Shown piece after piece: positions 36,270 to 48,767 of a DNA stretch of 64,000 nucleotides. Position 1 is the stretch's first letter; each line of letters starts with the position of its first letter. The notes below the pieces were generated by a model. The model saw only the letters and a program-made list of their open reading frames with translations, had not been told where the DNA came from and did not search any database. Source of the DNA: Selaginella moellendorffii. Its lineage: Eukaryota > Plantae > Lycopodiophyta. Position numbers and translations under genes: made by a program. The stretch is taken from contig NW_003314313.1 of the NCBI RefSeq assembly GCF_000143415.4, forward strand, positions 771,430-835,429. Reading direction: 5' to 3'.

Positions 36270-38130
36270 ATGATCTGGGACTCACTCACAACTCGAGTGC
36301 CACAGTCGATCACGTCATCTGAAACGATCCCTCACTCCTCCTCATGGTGGGCGATCTCACATACTCGGATCAATTCATCACCAATGGCACTGGATCGCCC
36401 TGCTGTAGCTGTGCATTTCCAGACATGCCAATCTGGGAGACTTATCATCCCCACTGGGATCACTAGGGGAGGCAATGTTAGAGGTAGAGATGATGTAGCA
36501 TGTAATTATGCCCACGTGGCAGTAAGTTCATGTATATGTACCATCCATATACAGTTCAATAGAGAGTACAGAGAGAAAGTTCTTCCTCCTCGTGCACGTC
36601 TCTCCGCTACTAACATGATATTAGAGCAGTTGGCTCCTTGATCCTGGGCATGGCACTTGCTGACCAGGAGGCCAGTGATGAGGAGGAGGATGAGCCTCCT
36701 GATTGCAATCTTTTTTGCAATGTTTGAAGCTTTTGTTAGATGCATTAGATGGTTGAGGTGTTGCATCAAGGCACCAGGCCGTGCAGATGTGCTGAGCAGC
36801 AAGCTGTAGCAAGCAGAGCATAAAGCCAGTGGGAGATTGAGAAATTTCAGCAACCCACATTAAAAATTGGATCAAACAAGATTCAAGAACATTGCATAAC
36901 AATTCTTTGCAGGAATTTCTAGCAATTGGGAAAGACGCTTATGGAGATTCAAGTGCCTGGTAGCAGTAGAAGTGGGAGCATGGCAGTTCACAGCCAAGAC
37001 CACATGCTAGTGGCAAGATTGAAACCATAGCAAAAAGCAAAGAGCGTGCAAGCAAGTTCAAGACTAAGAACCAAGTTTTGGGTTGATTGATGAGTTTTTC
37101 TTATGATTTTCTCACCAGCTCTCTATGCTCATCATCTTAGACTAACTAGGCATGATTCAGGCTTAGATTAAGACTTGGATCAACCGCTTGATCGTGAATG
37201 AGAATGTTAGAGGTAGAGATGATGTGGCATGTGATTATGCCCACGTGGCAGTAAGTATCATCCATATACAGTTGAATATACAGCGAGTTCTTCCTCCTCG
37301 TGTGCGTCTCTCCACTGCTAACAAGCAAGACTATAAATCCGCAATCCAATCCCTGATTTCCTTGCTCCCAGATTCATGGAGGAGGTGCCAACCACGAGAT
37401 CGAGCCCCAGGCATTGGGCAAAACGTACAAGGCCAGGTTCTCGGTGCCTCCTGGATCGAATTCCAGCCTTTATTACTCGTTCGATGTCGGCGGCATCCAC
37501 TTCCTGATGCTGGGAGGATCGCGTCAACAGGCTCCTGTGGTACAATAGCTACCGCTCCCACTACCGCGACGTCGAGTGCATGCGTCTCGAAATGGAGGAG
37601 CTTCTCTACAATGCCGGCGTCCACATTGTCCTCAATGGCCATGTAAATCCCTCTCTCTTCTCGATCTCGACAGGAATCCTCGATGTTCTTCCAGGTCCAT
37701 CCCTATGAGAGGAAGAACAGAGTTACACTTACGAGCTGGACCCGCGCTCTACATCGTGGTGGGCGATGGCGGCAATATAAAGAGAGTGGACACGGAGCAC
37801 GCTGACGATCCGGGGAAATGCCCCAAGCCTGAGGACAACGTCCCCCAAGTCGGTGGAGTTTGTGCTCAAAACTTCGGCTCTGGGCCAGCGGCAAATCAAT
37901 TCTGCTGGGACAGGCAGCCGGAATGGAGCGCCCTGCGGCCCTGCGAGACGGAAGCTTTGGTCACGGCATATTGGAGGTAACCCCGAGAGTTCAACCTCTT
38001 GATCGATCTCAGTTTGCGCTTTTCTCTTTAGGTGAAGAACAATACCCATGCCCTGTGGACGTAGTACCGCAACCAAGATGTGTATGGTGATAGTCACCTT
38101 GGAGACATTGTGAAATCACCGCAGTGCCGG
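36270..38130 (+). pseudogene. Purple acid phosphatase pseudogene, second copy, with small LTR element inserted
   Basis: Paralog of 17700-18650. It also keeps YERKNR and LYIVVGDGGN segments that are deleted in the first copy. Confidence 0.88.
36476..37323 (+). mobile_element. 848-bp TRIM-like non-autonomous LTR element
   Basis: Direct repeats 36476-36615 and 37205-37323, each TGTTAG...CTAACA; PBS-like TGATATTAGAGC; flanks GGCAA/AGCAA; absent from the paralog at ~17910. Confidence 0.88.
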
Positions 38131-38492
38131 AACTATCCTGCTTTCCGAGCTGACGAAAGATCGGGTGGAAACAGTGGAAGTCCCTCCAGGATCTTGGGAG
38201 CTCTAGCCATTTTGATGGCAACGCTTCTAGAATTTTGAAAGTGCAGAAGTTAATAAACATTAGCATATGAAAAGAATTATCGCGAGTGAATTCCAGTAAA
38301 ATTGGAGAGGGAAAAGCTAACTGGAAGTCTGGTTTCCAGCCATCCAGTCAAAACTGCCGCTTTGCATGTCGACGTGGCGGTTCTTCAGTGGTTGACATTT
38401 TCTCGGCAGCATATATACGATATCAACACAAACGCTGATCATATCATCGGTCTCTCTTTGATAGATTTTCTTTGCAAGAGGAACTCTAGATC

Positions 38493-38922
38493 ATGTCTCA
38501 CGCACTAAGTTTTTTCTTCTTCGTCCTCTTGGTGGCTGCTACTGTGACCTCTCGGCCAGTGAAGAATGAAACAGGTACGCCTGTTCTTCAATCTCGATTG
38601 AATATGCGTCGATTGGCTCTGTGTTTCTTTTGAAACATCATGGTCCATGTCTGCACTCGCTTGCATGTGTGTCTGTCCAAGCGTGTAACCTGATTCGTAC
38701 GTGATTTAATCTTTTTGTCTTTTACAGTGATGGCTACGATTGCTAATCAGCTGGATTGGTCGCCATTGTCCAATTCCACCCCAAAAATTGCCGAACCAGA
38801 GGTAAAATAATCCTGTATTTGAAGACAATATTCTTGACATGTATGATCGTGTGTTGTCAATCATCTTTGGTGATCAGGAGCAGCAAGCCCATGTTGACTA
38901 CATTTATGATTTTAATCCTTGA
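38493..38922 (+). CDS. Phytosulfokine-like precursor, copy 3 (exons 38493-38574, 38728-38801, 38878-38922)
   Basis: MSHALSFFFFVLLVAATVTSRPVKNETVMATIANQLDWSPLSNSTPKIAEPEEQQAHVDYIYDFNP*; all splice sites kept. Confidence 0.8.
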
Positions 38923-39204
38923 TGAAACGGCACATTAATAAGGAGGGATCATAGGCTTTAAAATTCTCATAATATACCTTTAATATAAATCGATTTGTCT
39001 TTGTAGTATTTTCATTATACAAATTGAAAAAAAGTTGTACAAGTAATATTTTCCAGTCTGTCTTAAAAGCCCCACAACTTCCGTGAGTAAGTTTTATTGA
39101 TCAGAACAGCGACACATACGTGCCAAACAAGGAGAGATCATGTGGGAGATCACTCAGTTATTCATCTTTCATCATATGGATATAGTTTGATCATCCAAAA
39201 GGAT

Positions 39205-39633
39205 CTAGCAGCACTGGAGAACTCCCTCGACGTTCTGGATGCAATCGTCGAGGTTGCGAGTGGAAGAGACGAGAACGCCATCCCCGCGGTTGCAACGGGC
39301 AGCCACGTTGAGCCCATTGAAGCTGATGTTGATGCATCGTGAGGCAAAGTTGGATGAGCAGTCGAGGACACCATTGCTGCTGCCCACGCAATTGTTCACA
39401 TCGATGGAGGCGTTCCTCCTTTCCATATTGGATGTGCTGCAAATGGCTCTCATCACGGTCGAATTCCTGTCGAAGGTGATATCAGTGCAGGATCGAGAAA
39501 ACTGGCAAGCCTGTAAGAGTAAGATATCCAAATTGTGAGCTTCTTGCGGGACAATCGAATGAGAGTTTCTTACCTGGGTGATGGAGAGGGTCGAGACCAG
39601 CATACACAGGAAGAAAACCTCGCGAAATGCCAT
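39205..39633 (-). CDS. Secreted CVNH lectin, copy 3 (intron 39511-39573)
   Basis: Protein identical to copies 1 and 2. Confidence 0.9.
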   Translation of the reverse strand: MAFREVFFLCMLVSTLSITQVRNSHSIVPQEAHNLDILLLQACQFSRSCTDITFDRNSTVMRAICSTSNMERRNASIDVNNCVGSSNGVLDCSSNFASRCINISFNGLNVAARCNRGDGVLVSSTRNLDDCIQNVEGVLQCC

Positions 39634-40149
39634 AATGAGATAGAACAAGAAATAACCAAGAAGAAAATGAGTAAACAACTTTAACTAGAGATGAGTTGAG
39701 CTCTGGAAAGGCCTTGTTTATATAGTCCTGGGAGCGACGCTTATCTTGACGACTCAGCAGTACATGGCTCCACATTGCGGCTAGAATACAAAATTTCTAC
39801 GTCGACTACACTACTATACAAGTAAATATTGAAATCTAGCTCAGTTTATAATTTTTCAACGTTCTAGACGGTGACATTTTTAGGAGTTTGCGTGTTTCTT
39901 TTAATTTGCTAAATTATAAATGGAATCGAAACTTAGACACCCTTTTTGGGGCAAGACCGCTGCGAAGAGACTCCAGGAGACATCGATTTCTACGTGCCCA
40001 TAGAAAGATTACCCAGTGTGTCCACACTGCTGGGCGCGAGGGTGGCAGCACCATGAAAGTCTAGACTAATTCGTAAAATCGAAAAGCACATAAATTCCTC
40101 CAAAGATAAAGGATATTTTATCTTCATTTAGAAGATACCAAAACACCAC

Positions 40150-40632
40150 CACGCTTGCTCGGTACGTGGTAGCGTCGTCGTCTACGTTTATCACTCGCCG
40201 GTGGATGATCCTCTTTCCTTTGAGCGAAGAGATCGCGATAGAGGGATAGTTGAGATTGCTGCGTCGTCGTGTGGAATAGATGGTTTCAAGTTCGCGAAAG
40301 TGGAGACATTTCGTATTTCCTGCCTCAATCCACACAGAAAGTCCGTGAATTCCGGCGCCTTGGCATCGTAGACGAGGCCCGGATGAGCAGCCGCGTTTGG
40401 ATTGATGTGGTCTCCACCGAAGGTGCCGGAGAGCAATGCTACGTCTTTGATCGGCTCCACATCTGCAAACAATACGCAATATTATGAACTTCCATGTCTT
40501 GTCCGCATGTCTCTGAGAAGGCATACCGGAGTCCAGCCGCATTCGGCAATCGTAACCACAGGCGTGCTTTCCAGAAGAAAACAATCGATTCCCTTTTCTT
40601 GCTTTGCAGCAGGTTTTGTCACTGATAACTCT
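40150..40632 (-). pseudogene. Subtilisin-like fragment with an internal inversion
   Basis: Paralog of 11030-11520; 40461-40632 is flipped. Confidence 0.82.
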
Positions 40633-40849
40633 CCGACCAAGAAAAGGAAACCGTAATGCGTATTGTCACTCCCATTCCTTGGTGGGAGACAAGGCTTTGA
40701 GTTCATGGGAATTTGATGTGGCTCTTCTTGGTGCGTTTTAGTTTCTTTTGATACACGAACTCTTCAGGTCTCATGTCAACCAAGTCTTTCTTCTCTCCAT
40801 GGCAGCCAGAGATTATTCTCAGGAACCAAAGACGAGCTAAGCACCGGCG

Positions 40850-41400
40850 TAACCTCTTATATCCCCGGTTTGGGCACATTGACGAGGCGATCAAGGTCCT
40901 TCACTCGATTCAGGATCCCAATGTCTTCTCTTGGAAAATCCTGTTACGGGCCTTTTGCGACGACAATTACGTTTCTGGGGAGGGAAAAACCTTTGATTCT
41001 CTACAGGACGATGGTGATCACATATACCCGCATTGGGCATATTTTGCGGGCCGCGCGCAACCAGGTGGAATGCCTCTCGTCCACCGCGAGATCTTGCTCA
41101 ATGGATGCTGTCCCAGGGACAAGTAAAGTTTCTACTCGAGTACGCACTGCCGCTGGTTGGAATTTATCGTTTCGCGGCTCGAGATCTTTCTTTTTGATGA
41201 GAAGCTAGTCCCGCTAGACACCAAGACGTTGTCTGAGCTCACGTCGGCAGCCGAAAGCCTTGACATGAAACCACTGGTGGACTTGACCAGTAGACTCTAG
41301 CACGGATGATCGAAGGAAAGACTCCGAAAGAGATCCGGACTGCCAGACGATCTAACCGGAGGAAGAAGCAAATGTTATAGATCTCTCACAGGCATGGCAA
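40850..41400 (+). pseudogene. PPR fragment plus SKP1-like fragment (inverted relative to the intact neighbour)
   Basis: RFGHIDEAIKV...; ELTSAAESLDMKPLVDLTSRL..RMIEGKTPKEI. Confidence 0.85.
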
Positions 41401-41827
41401 GAAGCACGTTTTGTGACTACTCGTTAAAGAAGTCTTAATTCCTGCTTGGCAGTGGACAAGGAATGCATTTTGCTGGCGAGCTTCAGGCAGATTGGAGATG
41501 TAGACATGGTGGTGTGGATGAAATTGCAGCACAGCACGAGAAGAAGCCAAAGAAATGTTTGATCGTTAAGAAGGATCAAATCCCAGGAATACAATGCTAG
41601 ATCATGATCACGGGCGTTCTTTCTATAATGTGAAGGAAGGACCACTACAACTGCGACTCAAGTCGGTCCACACGGAAGAGCCGTCTAGCAGGCTATTATA
41701 GAGCTACACAGTCGAGAACTTTTAATTTTTCCTGTTAATGTTTTGTACATAGAAAGAATGGAAGGAACAAAAAAGAGAAAAAGTTATTTGAAAGAAAAAA
41801 GAGAAAAAGAGGAAAAAAAATTTGGGA

Positions 41828-43357
41828 TCATCCAACGAGCTCGTGTGTCTTTGGCTGACAACAATTCTGTGTTGGACTTGTCGTCGTCGGCGTCGTCGTC
41901 CAAAGCCCGTGTTCTTGGTTGCTCGAAGATGCCAAGGCGAGAATCTCTTGCATCCGGTTGGGCCAGTCGGCGTTTAGTCTCCTCGCAAAATCTTCGACTT
42001 CCCTGAAGCTCAATCGATCAGGCTCAAGCGAGAAAACGAGAACAAAGTTCTCGAGGGAAGGAAACAGCGATGCTTTTATAATTCTGAAAGCACAGACTGA
42101 GGGATGTAAGTTGATATGAACCTGTCAAGCTCCTCCTTCATGGCGGGATCCAAGTCGTCTTCCTCGTCGGGGTAGCCCAGCTCGTCGGCCTCGGGCAAGT
42201 GATGGCTGTCCTCACACCTTCCAGAGTTCTCGGCCTATACACGCGCAAATCCATTAAAGTCACACAGGCAACCAAACTTGCGACCTTTACTTCGTCATTC
42301 TCCAGGGACGTCGTGCAGCTCCCTTTCGAAGAGGTTTGATCCTTCTTTCTCCTGTTCTTTTTCCTCTTGGCCTTTCCTGATTTCGCTAGCTTATCTGCGA
42401 GCGAGTAGCAAATGGCGAGTATGAAACTATGCTAGTAGAAGCGAGTAAACACGCACATACCTCCTTTGTCATCGCCATCGATGAAGGAAACCAAGTCATC
42501 CACTGACCGCTCGTCCCTTTTGCATTCTTCGATAGAGCCTTCCTAGAGTCAAGAGAGAAAAGAGAATTGTAGCGCAGGTACGAGGATACTTCTCATACCT
42601 TTAAAAGTTTTTTGTCTTGCAACTCTTTTCTCTTCCTTGCATACAGCCGATTGAGCAGCCGTATCCTCATGTCATCCGTGGTGTTTTTCACAGGCTCCAG
42701 CTTCTCTTCCTGAATCAAACGAAAACCATTTGAATCAAAGAAAACGAAAAGTGGAATGAAAAAGAAGAAACAAAAGTGCCATGCCTGTGAGAGATCTATA
42801 ACATTCGCTTCTTACTTCGGTTAGATCGTCTGGCAGCCCAAATGTCTCGCGGATCTCTTTCGGAGTCTTTCCTTCGATCATCCGAGCTAGCGCTCGACTG
42901 GTTAAGTCCACCAGCGGTTTCATGTCCAGGCTATCGGCCGCCGACGTGAGCTCACACAACGTCTTGGTGTCTAGCCGGACGAACTTCTCATCGAAAAACT
43001 TCCTCTCCTAAAAGAGAAAAGGAAGAGCACGAAGATCACGAAACCATGAATCCCAACCAGCGATGTTACCTTATCGGACCGACCTGGGACCTGATGGAAG
43101 CGGCAGTACTCGAGTAGCAACTTAAGCGTGCTGGGATTAACTTGAGCCGGAAGAGCGATTATCACCTTATCCCTGGGGCAGCATCCGTTAAGCAAGACCT
43201 CGCGGTGGACGAGAGGGAAGAGCATGGCCGCCTCCCATTCCACCTCGTGCCGCGAGCCATCCACAGTCTCGAGGCAAATCGGCGCCTTGTCATGCAGTGG
43301 CGATCCCGGCAGTGGCGCGGGGGAGTGGAGACACTTTGCTGCCATCATCACTGACAT
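41828..43357 (-). CDS. SKP1-like protein, ASK20/ASK21 type (multi-exon)
   Basis: LLLEYCRFHQVPGRSDK, LCELTSAADSLDMKPLVDLTSRALARMIEGKTP, EEKLEP..DDMRIRLLNRLYARKRKEL, DERSVDDLVSFIDG, EVEDFARRLN. Confidence 0.93.
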
Positions 43358-43688
43358 CACGATCTAAGCTACAAGATCCCAGGATCACATTGGAGCCCTA
43401 GAAGAGAGAGAGGAGAGAGAGGGGGAAGGAAATCACACGAAGAACCCTATACCCCGGCTTTGGCGGCGGCTGGAAGTGGAATCTGGGCACTAGGTGAGAC
43501 AACCGATACTACTGGCTGATCAAATCGATGGCGCGGGAAGCGAATTTCCAGCGTCCAGCGGCCCAGCTCTTCGTTCGCCACAACACACAGCGCCTCTGCT
43601 AGACCTAGAAAAGTGATTTTGTGGGTGGAATTTAAAACATCGGCATATGCTATGAATATTCCATCCTTATGGTCTAGAATTACCACTT

Positions 43689-45855
43689 TTAGATGTAAAA
43701 ATTCCGGTGTCTCACCTCCACGGCTCTTTGCCGAGCATCGGCGAGCCGGCATGGAATTCGCTGGTTCTTCCTCGCGTTCTTTCGATTCTTGGTCGGCTTC
43801 CTAGTCACCTGTGGAGGCGCCTTTTTGTAAACGCTTACTCTGAGCAGTGGTACGTTTCCTGGCCTGTGAGGCCTGTACATCCAAGGCCGAGCTTGCGGAT
43901 TGTATGCCACCCGAGCTTTCTGGAAATCACAGGAGCTTGAGAACGAGAAAAACGAAAGGAGAGCTTGACTTACCTTGTTTTGTCCTTGGATTCTCTTCAA
44001 TTGTTGTAGCAGACGCTCGGTGAGCTCCTCTTTTTCCTTGTCCGGCGATGATGTTGCTAAGGAGGTGAGCTTGAGCTGTGGCTCAAGCTCGACTCGCATC
44101 AACGCCAGAGCTTTCTCACTGAATTCTCGAGGATCCAGGTGCTGGACTCCGGCGTTACGAGTGTCGTCACTGAGCTGTGCTTTCAGCCTGGAAACACTCT
44201 TCACTAAGTAGCTCTTGGAAACATTGAAGCACTCACCTCAAAATCTCCTCGCCAAGCAAGGCGCTCTTGGGGTCCTGGTTGATACGAGGTGCGTTCCTGA
44301 TGCTCCTTGCGCGGTTGGCATATCTCAGTGTGCTGACGGTCTCTTCGTAGTTATGCTCCGAAGGGCCGATGTTTGCAACCATCACTGTCTTGGCGTTTCC
44401 ACCCAGTGAATCTTGCAAAAGCCTCGTCAGCTTTGAGTCTCTATACGGGATATGCGTGCTTTTTCCGTCAGCCAACGCAGATATTACGTTTCCCAAAGCC
44501 ATGAGAGACCAATTTATGTTGGTCAGCTCTCGGAATCTTTTCCCTTTGGCACCGGCTTTGCTCATTCTTTCACTTCCGGCCAGGTCGACCTGAAATACTG
44601 AAGCAAGTTAGAATCGAGAAACAAGAAAAGAAAAAAATACCAGATGAAGTTTTCCAACGCGAACATGAAGGCGTTTCCCTGGATCATTCTCGGCGACGTA
44701 ACTAGCCTCGACAGTCACAGTAAAGATTGAATGCGAACGAGACGAATCTTGGTTCATCAGAGTCGCTCCAACAGATCTGTTTTTCTTTCCTACCTACAAA
44801 AAAAGAAGGAATGCACCTTCAGTGTCAATTACTAGTAGAGAAAAAAACTTACCATTAGTAAATGCAAGATGTCTGATAAGCTGTGCATTCTGCGGCACGT
44901 AAGGTTCTTCACAAAAATTCCAACGTCAGCGCTTTCTATCAGCTCCAGCTTTGTGCTGGCGGCAGAAGAGCCTGGTACCAGCAAATCTCTGATCTCTTCA
45001 TTGTAAATCTCCAGAAATGATGCACGGACGAGAAACCGGGTTGAGCTTTGGTTCCTAGCGATGTAAGAAAAGATATCCTGGAACGCAGAGGGAATTATCC
45101 CCCGGTACTCTGTAAAGAAAAACCGTGAGAAGCTCATATGGACAAGAAGTCATTTCAGTTGATTACCATGTCGTTACCATACCAGGCTGATCGTCAAAGC
45201 CTTCCATTGTGTAAGTCTTCCCAGACGCGGTTTGCCCGTATGCAAGTACGGTACCATTGTAGCCGTGCATCACACTCTCCACAACCGGATGAGCTACCTC
45301 TTGGTAGAGCTGCTCCTGGGAACACTTGGAGTCGCAAACTCGATCAAACTCGAAAACTCTGACCCCAGTGTCGATCGGACCTCGTCGCCCAGGTCCACGC
45401 ACCTGCATGGTTCATCCATCATTGAGCTTTAGCAGAACAACCGGAATAGCGAAGGCAAAAACATGGGTTCTTTTGAGCAGCGGCTAAAATCCCCAAGAAA
45501 CCTTGCGACTCTAGAATGCAGCTAAAATTTCATTCTCCAAAGGCATCTAGAGAACGAAAAGAAGAACTCTAGAATGCAGCTAAGATTTAAGGAATTGCGC
45601 GGCTAAAATCGCCAAGCAACTTTCCGACTCTAAGCACGAGAATGCAGCTAAGATTTCATCTCGAGAAGAAATTTCGCGATTCTAGAGCACGATTAATGCA
45701 ATGCGGGATCGAAATACCTCGATCCTGTGCTGCCGCGTGAAAACCTTGACGCAGCTCCGGCGCCGGGCGACAAGCTCTCTGTGAGACATCGGGCGGCAGC
45801 GCACGACGACCTGGACGCGCTCCCGGCCGCTGGAGGGAGCGTCCGCCGTCGCCAT
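43689..45855 (-). CDS. Kinesin-2 (KIF3/FLA10-like) motor; 3' end uncertain
   Basis: [70 protein letters not shown]; neck [11 protein letters not shown] resembles kinesin-2 NEDPKDALL. Confidence 0.88.
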
Positions 45856-46279
45856 CGCATCCTTGCGCAAACCCTAGCTCCAAGAAAACAAAACCCTAGA
45901 ATCAAAATTCCGTGTCATGTGAAATCTAACGGTCGCGGATCCACGGTCACATGGATGGAGGAACACGCAGCATGGGCCTGGACACCATAACCTCTTGCGG
46001 GAACAAAATATTTGGCCGTCTCTGCGAGCTCTGGCTTTGTTGCCTCTTCGTCAAGGTAATTTTAATCACTGTCTTCCTTGTCCCAAGACAGCACCATGGT
46101 CAGAGCTTATAAAAAGCAAAGAAATCGATTGACACTATCTCTGCAAGCTCTCAGCTCTAAGGTTTTAAATCGCCCTTGTCTTCTTGTCTCAATACAGGCA
46201 CCCAGTTTTTCTAAGGAGTGAGAGAGAAAGAGCTCGACCAAGTGAAGAAAATCCTCCTTTAAGCTTAATCCATGGAAGC

Positions 46280-47191
46280 ATGGAGGATATAAAGCTAGCT
46301 CTGGAGCTCCCAGAGCTTGAGGGCAGAAGCGTCATAGAAGAGATGGGTGTGTGCTTGTCAAAGGCATCCACGAGAGCTTCTTCTTCCTCTTGGATTTGTA
46401 GCGATGTCCACTACATGAGCGGGGTTTTCAGCGAGGAGGAATCGTCTCAAGAGAGCGCCGCGCGAGCCTCCACCGATAGCTGCGACTCGTCCATCTCCAG
46501 GCTCAAGCACTTTTGCCTCTGTGGTCCACCTTTGATCTCCAACTCGGTGCTGGAAAATGCGAGCTTGATGGCGCATATGGAGCAGAAATCTCTGCGAGAG
46601 ACGGCGATGATCCGGCTCAAGAAGCTGTCGCTGATGCCAGTGGGAAGAATCGATGACGAAGCTGGCGTCCCGGGGCCGCAGAATTCACCAGTCTCGACCT
46701 GGCAGCATCCGATCATCGTCGATGTGAGTGAAGTGATCGATCCATCGCCGGAGGAGCAACCGATCCAGCTGGTTGCCCAGGAAAATGTACTTGGAGTCTT
46801 TGGCGGCTTCCACTCCTCAAGTCGATTGCTAGATCTCAGCAGCAGCCAGGGATCGTCGCAAGGAGCGTTTGGGTCGCCCCTCTCGGTAGAAATCCCGCTT
46901 CTCGATCCGGCATTCTCTGGCGATTTCGATGACCACGCCTCCGATTCTAGCTCAGATCTCTTCGAGCTGGAAAGCCTGGTGGCAACGTCGACGACGACGA
47001 CTCCGACTCTTACCTCGGCGCGATCTTCGATCGATCCGGACGAAGCCTCGAAGGAAGAGAGATCTACGCAAGAAATGGGAGCTTTGGATGGGCTAGCAGC
47101 AGCGGATGGGCCTAGAACATACCTCATTGTTTACTCCATCTCCGGGAAGCGCGCAAAAGTGTCGTCTTCATCCTCCTGGAAGACTGTGTAG
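46280..47191 (+). CDS. Intronless Ser/acidic-rich protein with SDSSSDLFEL motif (PKS- or BIG GRAIN1-like)
   Basis: Long ORF. DDHASDSSSDLFELESL resembles motifs in the PKS and BG1 families. Alternative start MGVCLSK at 46343. Confidence 0.55.
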   Translation: MEDIKLALELPELEGRSVIEEMGVCLSKASTRASSSSWICSDVHYMSGVFSEEESSQESAARASTDSCDSSISRLKHFCLCGPPLISNSVLENASLMAHMEQKSLRETAMIRLKKLSLMPVGRIDDEAGVPGPQNSPVSTWQHPIIVDVSEVIDPSPEEQPIQLVAQENVLGVFGGFHSSSRLLDLSSSQGSSQGAFGSPLSVEIPLLDPAFSGDFDDHASDSSSDLFELESLVATSTTTTPTLTSARSSIDPDEASKEERSTQEMGALDGLAAADGPRTYLIVYSISGKRAKVSSSSSWKTV

Positions 47192-47459
47192 CATAGTGAC
47201 AATTACTCGATCCGCCACGTGGCGACAATGTCAAAGGATATTCCCTCGGCATCCAACGGCTAGGGTTTTTCATATTTGTGCCGGGGAAGGAACGAGGGTT
47301 TGTGCTGGATTAGGGCTTTGCGCAGCGGCAAGATCCAGCTCCTCCGGCATGGCGATGGCTGCGCGCGCGTCGCATTGTTCCATTTGACAGGTTGCTTGGA
47401 TTTCTTCTTGGGAATAGTGGGATTTTTTCTCGATTTGGGAGAGGAACAGTGGAATGTAG

Positions 47460-48482
<1,023 letters not shown>

Positions 48483-48767
48483 AGCGGAGTTGCGGAGTTT
48501 TTTAGATGGATCGCCACAGAGAACATCAACCGGTTCCATCGATTTAACGTTACCAACATATCACACAGATTGGAAAGAAAGAAAATTTCTTATTGCTACT
48601 AGCATTTAGTACGTTAAAAAGGATATGCCAAGTGTAAGCTAATTTTTAAGAAGAAAACCCACCCTCAATAGTGGGGATCTTTGTTAGTTATTGTGGGAGG
48701 GAAGACAAGGAGACAGGCAGTAGGAGCTAGGGCAACGAGAAATTTCCCCATTCTCAAGTGGAACGCT

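Noticed and set aside
9426-41700. Helitron or Pack-MULE as the carrier of the repeat units
   Set aside because: No convincing TC...CTRR ends with a terminal hairpin, TIRs or TSDs at unit boundaries. Unsupported rather than excluded.
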